Of a stretch of DNA of 41,735 nt, positions 21,201 to 30,190 are shown piece after piece. Each line of letters starts with the position of its first letter. Positions within the stretch are counted from its first letter, which is position 1. Source of the stretch: Barthelona sp. PAP020 (Eukaryota); contig JARQWU010000065.1 of the NCBI GenBank assembly GCA_040182905.1, forward strand, positions 1-41,735, read 5' to 3'. The notes beneath the pieces were generated by a model. It was not told the origin of the DNA. It searched no databases and saw only the letters and a list, made by a program, of their open reading frames with translations. A program made the translations under genes and the position numbers.

Positions 21201-21774
21201 AGCAGTGGAATTCTTCGCTGAAGTACTCAATGTTGATGGCAAAGTCAGAGTCTATTCTTCTGTTGAGGAAAATGTTGAAGTTCATTTCCTCCCAGTAGAT
21301 CTGGAAATCCTCTTTTCTTCTACTCCCTTCATCCAACAAGATTCTTCAAAGGGTTGTGATATTCTTAAAAGTTCTTATGTTGTTAAAATGGAGAATGTTA
21401 AAGGAGAACATTTTGTTGATATTCCTGTTGAGTTGTTGAGTTTGGCATGCAATGTCGAAGTGATTTGTGGTAATCTCTCAAAAACATTATCATATTCAGC
21501 TTGCAAATTGCAAATTATTCCTTTGGAAAATGTTGGAATTTTGAGAGTGCTGTATGAGGGTAAACCAGTTCCAAGAACATACATTAAAGTGTTCCACAAG
21601 TTGGGAAATAAAGTTTCTTTCAGAAAAGATGGTTATACTGATCTTAGAGGTGGTTTTGATTATGCTACAGTGTCAGTCGATGCCCAAGTTCGTCATGACA
21701 AGTATGCAATTTTGATTGTTTCCGAAAACTTTGGGTCAACGAGAATTGAGGTTAATCCTCCTGTTTCTTTGTGA
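15274..21774 (+). CDS. Giant 2166-aa protein of the KDGYTDLRG.FDY C-terminal family (resembles Dictyostelium AbpF-like and bacterial hypothetical proteins), function unknown
   Basis: Single uninterrupted ORF; conserved-looking motifs LGCSL.KPTLL, H.EFNP, DLEILFS..PF, YIKVF...FRKDGYTDLRG.FDY...S and terminal PP. Confidence 0.75.
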   Translation: MSITSDLQQLEEFVFKKDRQSFIDNLPQGKNKDIFQLLQYQLINETPDDKEKELIEKILSEAFTHRNILTTLLNRFKLRADKEEAQRLGLDDIKDFLNQFTQYPPPKIVDASYSTTNEMKLLACDDVNSTSKTSIDSDKKIEVGKYDNQKLIDFLSLDKMIEKLVKSGEIPSDLAVLKILELNPENVHIDILKSIVGDQRFINHANYDAFLKCYITKTQDIDIIFRLPLSIAFDSVDLAFLEEHQVAQLLMKVLKNEVFEKFGDTASWKLNDLRSDQASIFCQILIDFFDNYVENYEFLKVIRKVIYLHYVFPFHSFLSYDILKKVAFDTFEITNDKEILSKNTIESILGIGTSLPCFNYEIFYHLFMRLNSLEEMKALYEEIEKSILTVKKINYHVVEACNHKAFEVKNIDWMCKEDCLRTVDKKFQVLPNIVKDKVQHIVLHCYGIEEVTVRHYTVDLIQKLRNDVNQLSFDGLTPLNVKKHQFETVNKLQIFEFFDEVFDIEVEDGLHIFEFSFEKEKQFNTRVMMIKGFGTPVIKPSSKGMYCHLLNENNDSIPFKMYLDDKLLISDDDNCVLLPILSSSSKSESRAVFINGKYAVEQKFERLKFTPNVNLEYFVTKEQFKAEEITEIPILMNVELMYQNTLIPLSFKVFKNLRSSVSYFDKDGISLSCQTFKFEDNSYGMDSPPIMKVRSSSNFSKIVITSNYDVSDGSGGLESYNYEKVYNFDHCITKQSSRTLISHEMMKDVVKIQVLNLASRPISNAKLNIVAKSSFGEKSMDVDTNDEGIYYLPRLVHIESYVVSFNESNVGMISLNIPNSLSSDCQKQHGLYLTDLPIKLEDLTHEPLYYSLIDRFTKEIVPIRFDNDLKAFVLANDNKVKDEKKSLRNGQYFLYFMKIGESNLTHMLVYIGDYEVKLKNTVMLTFNKELPSSQLSEYSNSKQIALINEYIENDEIVFQFNKVSKNSTCHCILSYEPFHKTQFPSLFEKKQHFSLNIRSKLDIIQQRLQYSDEYDYVQVRKNTKHRLGCSLIKPTLLAAPKMIGNASNNAIKLSSEEQLFEAQFRSDQPSYDLYGSSDAPAPMYAQRKKRSRGGKDVKFSRNGTPFDSLYYLNNSASILTNIKIEENGIVRIPIEAFKDYHQFINLVVVDYSARLQFNSCKPIATVFNEEALFKDYSLKERFSAKHLIDNKLVCTENFEQFNQKRVYFDLEDTFDLMINLCGKFNQKYDFLKVWNKTLEKEKLKLFSKHYCTEVAFFIHQQDKEFFLKYCRPYMLNKMHLTPLEEILLYPNDQRLMKYLKPAAFKQLCLVSKILILFMFDNSKLKQYVDALELELENKANPELLQKLFMTALNSKPLKIDETMVHQKDKSRARKPAMPTHFLPSSNMMGMPPGGPSGGMRAFAGLSMVAPLKSMDMDMDIANECSKQSFAFSKKKKSSRRMAMKKDRVDECERACMKEEMLMDALEEEMDDDFDFAPPVVERDFTPAPATKIYRETGFIDHDLSASNEGLVAENLFWISWARFLVDQDNSTTDYRFSTKNILHLMLNFSMTQFILGMSLISGTHAFCRDTLEVDAIDESPFMVNVSIYDQYNEPMDRELLVGNVYEVRYTVVNLNDKKYNIDTLVQIPRGCIPIDSSFTNETFADILNPCPRLVRGKYSFLTVLPGKNIELFSPHVSSDGIFLGCGSDIFIDIVTQFSKPISELSESFVALNSTDAEVLEYLNAKAVSPKFFDEISDRFHNLSFFTEIIPFIEKYNIVSKVVLQFFIYHQIEENYSKFINLNDVQLNIGSYFVFEERNILKMNTPQHKEFNPYITSRICKIGDKFQSPDVERAYIQLLQYMTWLPKPYPIDVVHRLTYFLILLDRIEDAYNFFIEHKTVVMDNEELLVNDYIDAYLGMCLGDLMTVKAVVTKYATRKFGSNRWIRRFNDLKEQYDQAKEDLTTDDQMIENPDVEMIDDDFDADFNLKKLQKDSTEKAVEFFAEVLNVDGKVRVYSSVEENVEVHFLPVDLEILFSSTPFIQQDSSKGCDILKSSYVVKMENVKGEHFVDIPVELLSLACNVEVICGNLSKTLSYSACKLQIIPLENVGILRVLYEGKPVPRTYIKVFHKLGNKVSFRKDGYTDLRGGFDYATVSVDAQVRHDKYAILIVSENFGSTRIEVNPPVSL

Positions 21775-21993
21775 TCTTCAAAGAGTTTCAAACAAATCAA
21801 TTTCAATTTTTTATTGTTTTGTAAATTTTTGTGTGTTGATGTTTTTTTATTGTTATTTCCTCACAAAGTTTGTCAAGCTAAAAATCAGTATTGGTATCTT
21901 TTTCATTTATAAGGGAATATTATTACATATTTATTAGATAAATATAATTCTTTGTAATTTTTATCTTGAAAGAAGTGAAAATTATTTTTTCAA

Positions 21994-22680
21994 ATGAACA
22001 TTCATCATCCTGATATGAAGACCCCAATGAGTCAAGGTGTATTTTTATACGTATTATTTCAAAATATCTAACTCTTTAAGACCACAACAATTGGTTTTAT
22101 TTTTAACGGTGGTGTACTTCTTGCTGCAGATAGCCGATCATCTGCAGGATCATTTATAGGCAATGCTGTTTCCAGAAAACTGACACCCATCACTGATAAT
22201 ATTTCCTTAGCGCGTTCTGGCACTTCTTCTCATTCAATATTAGTCACTGATAACACAAAAGCCAATTTAGATATGCTGAGGATGTCTATTGATAAAGATC
22301 CAATGGTTTATAATGCAGCTCATATTGCCAAAAGTATGATTTATCAATATAAAGACTATCTAAGCACATCAATGATTTTTGCAGGAAGAGATGCACCTGG
22401 TGTGTTCAAATTATATCAATTACCTCTTGGTGGTTCAATATTAGAAGGAAACACATTTTTGGGAGGAAGTGGTTCTTCATATATTCAAGGATATTTTGAT
22501 TCACAATATAATCCTCAAATGTCAAAGGGAGAGGCTTTAAAATTGGCCAAAGATTGTATTTTTCTTGCAGCGAAATTTGATTCATCTTCTGGTGGTCTTT
22601 GTCGAATTCATATTTTTGATGATGAAAGAAGACAAATTTTGTGTTTTGATAATGATGATAATATTTTAGAAGATATGTAA
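21994..22680 (+). CDS. PSMB6: 20S proteasome subunit beta-1 (PSMB6/Pre3); exons 21994-22038 and 22081-22680
   Basis: Spliced product MNIHHPDMKTPMSQG|TTTIGFIFNGGVLLAADSRSS...SRKL...ARSG; Thr1, Asp17, Lys33 and beta1-diagnostic Arg45 are in register; GGSGSSYI and DSSSGG motifs. Confidence 0.93.
22039..22080 (+). other. Spliceosomal intron, 42 nt
   Basis: GTATTTT...CTAACTCTTTAAG; contains an in-frame TAA; removal restores the propeptide-G/T1 junction. Confidence 0.9.
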
Positions 22681-22812
22681 ATTTTTGTTTGTTTGTGTTT
22701 TTTATTTATTCATTAGCAATTTTAACTTTGGTGAATGTTGTTTACTATTATCAAATATGATAACTACGGAAAGAAAATTTCAAGAAACTTTTTCACACTT
22801 TTTTTTTTGACA

Positions 22813-23713
22813 ATGTCCATTGAAAATAATTCCAAAAGGTTGAGAGAACCTAACGCTGATAAGGATACAAAAAATATTAAAGGGGAACATCCTTTGGCAA
22901 CTGCATGGGCGTTATGGTACAATATTAATGAAGCCTATGCTCAAAAAAAGAAACCAAAAACAGAGGCAAGTGATATTCCTAAAGCAGAACAACAATGGAA
23001 ATTGTGCAGAGTTGAACAATTTGAATCAGTAATTTTTTAATTTATCTTTTTTTGACTAACTTTTTTAGATTGAAGAATTTTGGGGAATATTCAATGCTAT
23101 TCCACCTTTAATTGAATTTAAAAATGCGAATGTGTATATTTTTAGAGAAAATATTGAACCAAAATGGGAACATGAGAAACATGAACATGGTTGTGAATGG
23201 AGATTCGAATTTCCAATTAATTTAAGCAAGGATAAAAGTAAAAGAAGCAAAGGAAATCAAGAAAAAGAAGAGACTTCTATCAAGATTCAAGCTATTTGGC
23301 AAAAATTTTGTGTTGTTGCATTATCCGAAATTTTAGAGCATCATGATCATATTACTGGTGTTTTTGCCTTAGCTAGAGATAATGAAGTTCGTATTGGTTT
23401 TTGGACCGACACTGATGATCAAGAGATCCTATTAGAATTGGTAAGGAATTATTATGGTGTACTTACTGAAAAATCAGAATTACCAATACATCCTAAGAGG
23501 GCCCAATTGTCACATTTCAATGAGACATTTAAATCCAAGACAAAGACCTTTTATGTTGTTCCTGCAAATGATCCTGAAAACAACAGGACATTTTTACCTT
23601 TTGAAAGGCAAACAAGTCAACAGAAAAACAAAAATAAGCAAGGAAACTTTAGAAAAACGTATAATAAACCCTATAATAAATCTTACAACAAACCCTCTAA
23701 TCCCCAACAATAA
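22813..23713 (+). CDS. EIF4E: Eukaryotic translation initiation factor 4E family; exons 22813-23028 and 23069-23713
   Basis: HPL..AW.LWY, spliced FES|IEEFW, YIFRENIEPKWE, G.EWR, RIGFWT. Confidence 0.92.
23029..23068 (+). other. Spliceosomal intron, 40 nt
   Basis: GTAATTT...GACTAACTTTTTTAG; joins two ORFs to restore the F.(S/T)(V/I)E.FW motif. Confidence 0.92.
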
Positions 23714-24085
23714 TTAAAATAAAAATTAGAAAAGCGCGATTGCAATTTTTTTCTTTTTTCAAATAAAGAATCCATTGGAAAACAATATCAAGTTGTTGTT
23801 TATTCAAAATATGAGATCGAATACCAAAATCAAAGTTTTTCTTTCTTCTTTTATTTTTTAATCAAATCATATAATGCAAACATTGAGATAATTAAAGATT
23901 TATTTTTTTCAAATGATTTCAAAGAGTAGAAAACAAACTTTAAAAAGAAAAAAAAAATCTTTTTTTATTGTACAAATGTCAACAAAATCAAAAAACAAAA
24001 CATTGTTTGATTTAAAGCTTCAATTGTTTGAACATTTTAGAAAAATAATCCCAGTTTTATATGAACTATAATGCAATGTAATCAA

Positions 24086-26743
24086 TTACGAAACACCCAA
24101 ACCCATCAATTGTGCTTGTTGTTGTCTATAACTCGTATTGTTAAAATCAAAGGCGATCGAACTTGCAGTGCTTAATATATTATCTGCAAATGTTTTTTTC
24201 CTTTTTGTTTTTGAGGTAAGCTCCTCCAATAAAATCTGTGCATTCTGTTCAGCAGTATAATCTCCCCTTGCTGATGTCCTGGAAACATTAGATTTACGAT
24301 AGGATTCCATTTCGCTCACAGGACGTGATGATAATGAAGAGATACTCCTTGGTAATTTCGACAACCTTGAGGTTTTAATCATAGATGAACTTGGACGGGA
24401 AGTTTTCAACCTTGAAGAAGATCTAACACTTGATCTTGAACTTGAACGTGAGGTTGAAGGTCGGGAACTTAATTTTGACCGAACATTTGAAGAACTATTA
24501 GACCTTCTGAAATTTGATGGTCTGGATGGAACATTGGTTTCCATGGGTGGAGGAGGTATTATTGGTGAAGTGGAAGAAAGAATAGTCGAAGGGGAACTGG
24601 AAGGTGGTGAAGGTTGATTCATTGAATAATCATCAGTGATAACAAAATCTCTATTTGAATCTAAAAACACATCTTCATCAGAAATATACTGTGAATTTGC
24701 TAGTGGTGATGATGAACCAGACATGTTACCAAGACCCGAAGAATTTCTTTTCTGCAATTTATTCAATTGTAATGGTGGCACAATAGAATGAGAAGCGGAT
24801 ACTTCTTTATTCTTATCTGTCAAATACTCATCTTCTAGTAATAATGGTGTGTCTGCTAACCTATTCAATACATCGGTGATCTTATTTTGTGTTCTAGCAA
24901 GATCATTCTCTAAAGATTGTGCTCGATGTGTGACATTCAGCAACTCTTCATGCAATGCTTGTTTTGTGTTATCACTTACCGATTTTTGTCGACACGTTTT
25001 TAAGGCTTTATCTTCAATAGCTTGCATACGTTCACGTCTCTTTCGCGCAGTGACACGTTTTCTGGCAGTTGCACATGCTTCAGATTCTATACCTTTTAAA
25101 CGACTAACAGCTTCTAAATTTTGTCTTTCATGTCTTTCTTTCAACAAAGCTTTAATTTCAAAAACATTCTGAATTTTCTCCTTTTGTTTGATTCTATCCC
25201 GTAAAAAATGAATCTTTTCTATTGAACGAATTTGACCCTCTAACTTGTCATAATTAGGCTTTAAGTTTAAAGCTTTTACACCCTTGTTCTTTTTACCAAT
25301 GATAGGATATTTCAAATAATTCTTCAACCGTTGGGTGTTTGCTTGAGATGTTTGGGAATTTAACAGCTTCTTCTCATCATCGTCAATATCATCGTCATCA
25401 TCATCATCATCTGATTGTCCCGAATTCTTTTTGTATACCTTTTCCAACTCTGCTTCTTGAATTTCATTGCGTTGAACTATGGAGAAAATTTTTGAATGGT
25501 TTTTAATCATTTTTGCTTGCTTCTTATCTGTTTTATTATCTCGTTCTTCTTCTAATCTTTGCCTTGCTTCCAAAGCTGAACTTGGTCTTCTACGATTTCT
25601 CCCAACTAACAATTTTTGATTGTTCCTTTTTTCTATTTCTCGCATCCTAATACGATTTGTTGTTGGTATTTCACTCTTATAATTGTCTGTACGATTAACC
25701 AAATCTAATATATGTTTATCTTTATCCGTAATATGTCCAAACAACAACTTTTCATAATTCACATTGTTGTCATTTGATAACAATCGTTCATGCATTTTAG
25801 TGCCTGAATCTTTATTATCTGTTGAGGAATTCACAGTTGTATTAGCACTCGATTGATTCAAATGTAAAATTGCCTTATTTCTTTGTAAAGAGAGCTTCTC
25901 TCGTTGGGTTAACCTAAAAGAATTATCCTTTCTCAATAAATTTTCTTCATTTACAGTATTCAATTGTTGAGAATATTCGTAATTCAAGTACTTTTGAATG
26001 ATCTGGAATTTATTATAAAACTCATCAGAAGCATATGTTTTATACATGTTTTCACCATTCTTTAGTTTCAAATTATCCAAATAACCATTGTATAATTTAA
26101 TATATTTGGAGGTATTGCCAGTGTCTTCATCAATAAACTTCTCATTGAATAACTTCTTCATAATTTCAGCATAATTTTGGGAAATAGCTAGCAAATCAAA
26201 AAACTCAAATTGCTGAATCTGTCCTTGTACCATGAATGGAAAAGTGTTCACCCAATCTCTCAATTGATGTGTTCCAATAACCTTTCCACACAGTCTTAAA
26301 CATCTTAAAACGTTGTTAAAATCATTTATGAATAAACAATTTGAATAACGATTTTCGTAATCTTCTTCATTCATGTGCGAATTTGCCAGATAATCCTTTT
26401 TTTGAACTTTTTGCGAAGTAAACATGGAATAAACAACTCTAACTAAAGCTAATTCTTCATAGGTAATCGACCCAGTCATCAAATATTTGATGGCCTTCTG
26501 TATTACCATTAAATTAAAATATGATCCGAATTCATTATAAAAAAAATCATTACCTCTTTCAAATTCATTATCATTGAATAATTCTTGTAATTCATCCCAA
26601 CTTAATCCATCAGAATTTGAAGGATTTTTGTTTGTATTAACATGCTGCATAATGTGCGGTATGAATCCATTTGCTCCTAAAGATTCATATATTCGTTCTA
26701 ATTCATTCCAAGTTAAAATACCTTTTCCTCGTGAATCAAACAT
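24086..26743 (-). CDS. Hypothetical protein with EF-hand-like N-terminus, coiled coil and Ser/Arg-rich tail
   Basis: 885-aa ORF; FDSRGKGILTWNEL and NSDGLSWDEL resemble EF-hand loops; poly-Asp and low-complexity C-terminus. Confidence 0.7.
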   Translation of the reverse strand: MFDSRGKGILTWNELERIYESLGANGFIPHIMQHVNTNKNPSNSDGLSWDELQELFNDNEFERGNDFFYNEFGSYFNLMVIQKAIKYLMTGSITYEELALVRVVYSMFTSQKVQKKDYLANSHMNEEDYENRYSNCLFINDFNNVLRCLRLCGKVIGTHQLRDWVNTFPFMVQGQIQQFEFFDLLAISQNYAEIMKKLFNEKFIDEDTGNTSKYIKLYNGYLDNLKLKNGENMYKTYASDEFYNKFQIIQKYLNYEYSQQLNTVNEENLLRKDNSFRLTQREKLSLQRNKAILHLNQSSANTTVNSSTDNKDSGTKMHERLLSNDNNVNYEKLLFGHITDKDKHILDLVNRTDNYKSEIPTTNRIRMREIEKRNNQKLLVGRNRRRPSSALEARQRLEEERDNKTDKKQAKMIKNHSKIFSIVQRNEIQEAELEKVYKKNSGQSDDDDDDDDIDDDEKKLLNSQTSQANTQRLKNYLKYPIIGKKNKGVKALNLKPNYDKLEGQIRSIEKIHFLRDRIKQKEKIQNVFEIKALLKERHERQNLEAVSRLKGIESEACATARKRVTARKRRERMQAIEDKALKTCRQKSVSDNTKQALHEELLNVTHRAQSLENDLARTQNKITDVLNRLADTPLLLEDEYLTDKNKEVSASHSIVPPLQLNKLQKRNSSGLGNMSGSSSPLANSQYISDEDVFLDSNRDFVITDDYSMNQPSPPSSSPSTILSSTSPIIPPPPMETNVPSRPSNFRRSNSSSNVRSKLSSRPSTSRSSSRSSVRSSSRLKTSRPSSSMIKTSRLSKLPRSISSLSSRPVSEMESYRKSNVSRTSARGDYTAEQNAQILLEELTSKTKRKKTFADNILSTASSIAFDFNNTSYRQQQAQLMGLGVS

Positions 26744-26889
26744 CTTTTAAAAAGAAAAATTAAATACAATATCTCAATAATTTCAATATAATAATATCTA
26801 AGGCTTAAATATTTAAATTACCTTTTGCATTTAAAAAAATAATCTTGAATTAAAAAAAAATTTTTTTTTTTTGTTGCCTTTTTTTACAA

Positions 26890-28455
26890 ATGAATATTCC
26901 AGATTTAATCGAGTTGGAAAGACAAAACCCTTTAAATGATTTTACTGTGATAGAAAGAATTGGTGTAGGTGCTTATGGTGAAGTATTTAAAGCTATTCAT
27001 AAAGCAACACAACAAACAGTTGCTTTGAAAACTGTAGCTTTAAAAAATAATAGTAATGTTAACGAAATAAAAAAAGAAATATATATTTTAAAATCGTTAA
27101 ATTCTCCTTACATTGTTCAATACTTAGGATCCTTTTACAGTGAAAGTTCTTTATATATTGTTACTGAATATTGTGAATATGGTTCTATTTCTAAATTATT
27201 GTTAGATTATGGTACTTTTGATGAACAATTGATAAGTGTCATTCTCAAAATGACATTAATAGCGTTAGATAACTTACATAGTACCAAAAAAATTCATAGG
27301 GATATCAAATCAGGCAATATTTTAATTAATCATAGAGGCGAGGTAAGACTTGCTGATTTTGGTGTTTCAGCTGTTTTAGATGCCACAGCACAAAAGAGAG
27401 GAACTACAATTGGATCTCCATATTGGATGGCGCCTGAAATCTTGAAGCAAGAAATGTATACTAACAAAGTGGATATTTGGGCGTTAGGTATAGTTGCCAT
27501 TGAAATGTTGGATGGTAGACCGCCATTTTCAAATTCTCCACCATATTTAGCTTGGAAAGATATCATCTCTCCTAAACCACGTCCTATTCAGTCAAATGTT
27601 TCCATGCTATTACGTGACTTCATAAATCTCTGTTGTGAAATGGATCCTAATAATAGGCCAACTGTAAAGCAACTGTTACTTCATCCATTTGTTAAGAATG
27701 TGAATATTGATGCCACAGTTACGGTATTATTTGATAACTTCATCACAAAATACTCTAGTAGCAAGATAATTTCCACTAGTGAAAGTGCATATAGTCAAGA
27801 TAGTATAATTAATACAGTCATTCCAATAAAGCCTGGACGTGTTCCTTTAGATATGGATGATACGCTTGAGCCTGTTATTGACAATGAGAGAAAGCCGAAA
27901 AATATTGATTTTGCATCTAAAAATAACCAAATTTTTGGAAATCCCAAAAATCTTAATCGCATTCCTCTGAATTTTGATGATGACACAGTGAAGCCTATTC
28001 AAAAGGTTGGACAACCCATTCCGCTGAATTTTGATGATGACACTGTTAAACCAATCCAAAGAGTTGGACAAGCTATTCCTCTGAATTTTGATGATGACAC
28101 AGTGAAGCCCATTCAAAGGGTTGGACAACCCATTCCGCTGAATTTTGATGACGACACTGTTAAACCAATCCAATATGTAGGCAAACCAACGTTTTTAGAC
28201 AATGAAAACAATGAAAATCTTACCAATAGTGTTTCTCAATTGCCATTCAGTGATACAGTAAGACCAAACAGACGCAATCCTCAAAAACGTATGACAAGTC
28301 AAGAACTTTTGCAGAGATCACAATTGTTAACTTCCCTTCAAGAAACAGAACAAACTTTACAAGAAGATATAAAAAGATTACAAACAGAAATAGATGCAAA
28401 ACGTAAACAACACACCTTAGTTCAGAAACAAATAAAGGATTTGTCTGTGTTTTAA
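26890..28455 (+). CDS. STE20-family Ser/Thr kinase, MST/Hippo-like, with C-terminal SARAH-like coiled coil
   Basis: IGVGAYGEV, VALK, HRDIKSGNIL, LADFGVS, KRGTTIGSPYWMAPE; repeat-containing linker; terminal coiled coil ELLQR..L.....L.EDI..L....DAKRK. Confidence 0.9.
   Translation: MNIPDLIELERQNPLNDFTVIERIGVGAYGEVFKAIHKATQQTVALKTVALKNNSNVNEIKKEIYILKSLNSPYIVQYLGSFYSESSLYIVTEYCEYGSISKLLLDYGTFDEQLISVILKMTLIALDNLHSTKKIHRDIKSGNILINHRGEVRLADFGVSAVLDATAQKRGTTIGSPYWMAPEILKQEMYTNKVDIWALGIVAIEMLDGRPPFSNSPPYLAWKDIISPKPRPIQSNVSMLLRDFINLCCEMDPNNRPTVKQLLLHPFVKNVNIDATVTVLFDNFITKYSSSKIISTSESAYSQDSIINTVIPIKPGRVPLDMDDTLEPVIDNERKPKNIDFASKNNQIFGNPKNLNRIPLNFDDDTVKPIQKVGQPIPLNFDDDTVKPIQRVGQAIPLNFDDDTVKPIQRVGQPIPLNFDDDTVKPIQYVGKPTFLDNENNENLTNSVSQLPFSDTVRPNRRNPQKRMTSQELLQRSQLLTSLQETEQTLQEDIKRLQTEIDAKRKQHTLVQKQIKDLSVF
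27961..28188 (+). repeat. Coding tandem repeat, 4 x 57 bp (IPLNFDDDTVKPIQxVGQP), ABAB higher-order pattern
   Basis: Units start at 27961, 28018, 28075 and 28132; units 1/3 share CCTCTG..ACAGTGAAGCC, units 2/4 share CCGCTG..ACTGTTAAACCAATC. Confidence 0.95.
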
Positions 28456-28606
28456 AAATTATTTATAAATAAAATTCTTGATTTTTTGTTTTATTAATGT
28501 TGTTAATTGTCATTTTAAAAAGAAAAAAGCAGTTTGAAAAAAGAACAATATGTTTTAGATGTTGATAAGAAATTTTTTGTTTTTTGTTTTTTATAATATT
28601 TTGATC

Positions 28607-29821
28607 ATGGCTAAAGGAAAAAAGCTTTGTTTTAATTCAGCGGATCGTTTTAAAAATGAAATGGCAAGATTAGCCAAAGACAATGTCAACAAAAAATGTT
28701 TTGATTGTCGTGTTCCTGGTACAAATAATTTTATTACTGATTTAGGAATTTTTGTGTGTGCTAATTGTGCTGCAAGGCATAGAGATGTAAACCATCATGT
28801 GAAAGGAATTGATTTTGCCCAATTTACCAAAGAAGATGTTGATAAGGCTAAAGAAGTTGGAAATGAGAGAGCAAACGATTTATACTTCCGCAATTTTAAT
28901 TATAATTCAGATAAGTTACCGAATTTCAATCAACCAAAAGAAGTAAAACGTTTTTTTGAACAGAAATATATTGAAAAGAAATGGGCAGCTGCTGTTGTTG
29001 TTGGAGCAACAACAACAACTCAAAAAAAAATTGAAAAAATGCCACCAAACAACAACGGAATTAATTCTCCAAAAGAAACGAAAGACACTTCAAGTGGGTT
29101 CGATTTTTTCGATAATGATAGCTCTCCTACTATCAATAATAAAAAAACAGAACAAAGTTTTGATTTTTTTGATGATTCAGAAAATAAAACTAATAAAGTT
29201 GAAAGACATGAAAAAAATGTTATTGTAGACGATTTCTTTTCATCTGAAACAAAGGCTGATAATTTTTTCGATAATTTCGATAATATTGAAAAAGTTGAAA
29301 AAAAACCAGTTGTTGCAGTTCAAAATAAGAAACCTGAAGTGAACAGTTTCTTTTCTGCTGCTGTAGAGCAAAAGAATGAAGTGAAAAATGATTTCTTTGG
29401 TGATGATGATGTTTCAAATTTTGTGCAATCTAAAAAGGTTGAGGACACGTTTGATGACCTATTTGACGCAATACAACCTACTAGTTATTCTCAACCAGCA
29501 ACTACTTATTCATTGTTTGATAATTCACAAACAAAAGTTCAACAGAATGAATTCTCCATGGATGATATGTTTTCTTCAAACAGTCCATCACAACAGCAAG
29601 TACAAAAACAACAGCCTGTTCAACGAACAAACCAAGTTCATAATTTGTTCAATTCAAACGTTGCTGTGAAAACTGTTGATCCCTTCAGTGAATTGATAGG
29701 TACTTCTAAAACTAAACAACAACCTAAAAATTCGTTTGTTTCAAACACTGCCAAAAACAATAGTCCTTTCAAGCAAAATACTGTTGTTGATCCTTTTGCC
29801 GAGTTGGATGAATTATTGTAA
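28607..29821 (+). CDS. ArfGAP (AGFG-like) with DPF/DFF adaptor-binding motifs
   Basis: CFDC-x16-CANC...HR zinc finger, HVK.I....FT, GNE.AN, QKY.EKKW; tail with FDFFD and two DPF motifs; ATG at 28607. Confidence 0.9.
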   Translation: MAKGKKLCFNSADRFKNEMARLAKDNVNKKCFDCRVPGTNNFITDLGIFVCANCAARHRDVNHHVKGIDFAQFTKEDVDKAKEVGNERANDLYFRNFNYNSDKLPNFNQPKEVKRFFEQKYIEKKWAAAVVVGATTTTQKKIEKMPPNNNGINSPKETKDTSSGFDFFDNDSSPTINNKKTEQSFDFFDDSENKTNKVERHEKNVIVDDFFSSETKADNFFDNFDNIEKVEKKPVVAVQNKKPEVNSFFSAAVEQKNEVKNDFFGDDDVSNFVQSKKVEDTFDDLFDAIQPTSYSQPATTYSLFDNSQTKVQQNEFSMDDMFSSNSPSQQQVQKQQPVQRTNQVHNLFNSNVAVKTVDPFSELIGTSKTKQQPKNSFVSNTAKNNSPFKQNTVVDPFAELDELL

Positions 29822-29971
29822 ATTGACAAATTTTTTATTTACAATTTCAACAGTGCTTTGCTTTGCTTTTTGAAAAAAAAAAAATGAGAGTGAGTTGATT
29901 ACACAATTCATTTCCATGTCAATAAGCACTGGAGTATCAAAGAAATAAAAAGAATAGTGTTTATTGGGTCA

Positions 29972-30190
29972 AAGGCTTTCGAGCCCAGATTGATCTGTTG
30001 AAAAACTTTAAAATTTGCTTTTGCAAAAATACGAAAAGCAGGGTCAGGAATTCTTTCCAAAATTTTCATATTTGATGATTAAGATTCAATTGTAGCCACT
30101 CATTTTCTGTGGCTGAGATTTAATGAAGTGAGTTTTCTCTGATTACTTTTTCTTTGTAAATGAATATAGTTGTTTCACAACTTGACCAAA
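29972..30190. repeat. Dispersed repeat, copy 2 (partner at 314-571)
   Basis: AAGGCTTTCGAG..GATTGATCTGTTGAAAAACTTTA and TCTTTGTAAATGAATATAGTTGTTTCACAACTTGACCAAA are shared with copy 1. Confidence 0.85.

Noticed and set aside
26744..26821. Possible 78-nt intron adding MQK to the 885-aa protein
   Set aside because: GT..AG and frame fit, but there is no CTAAY branch point and it is twice the length of the other introns; needs RNA evidence
27961..28188. CRISPR-like appearance of regularly spaced repeats
   Set aside because: Contiguous in-frame coding repeats with no unique spacers and no cas genes; eukaryotic context
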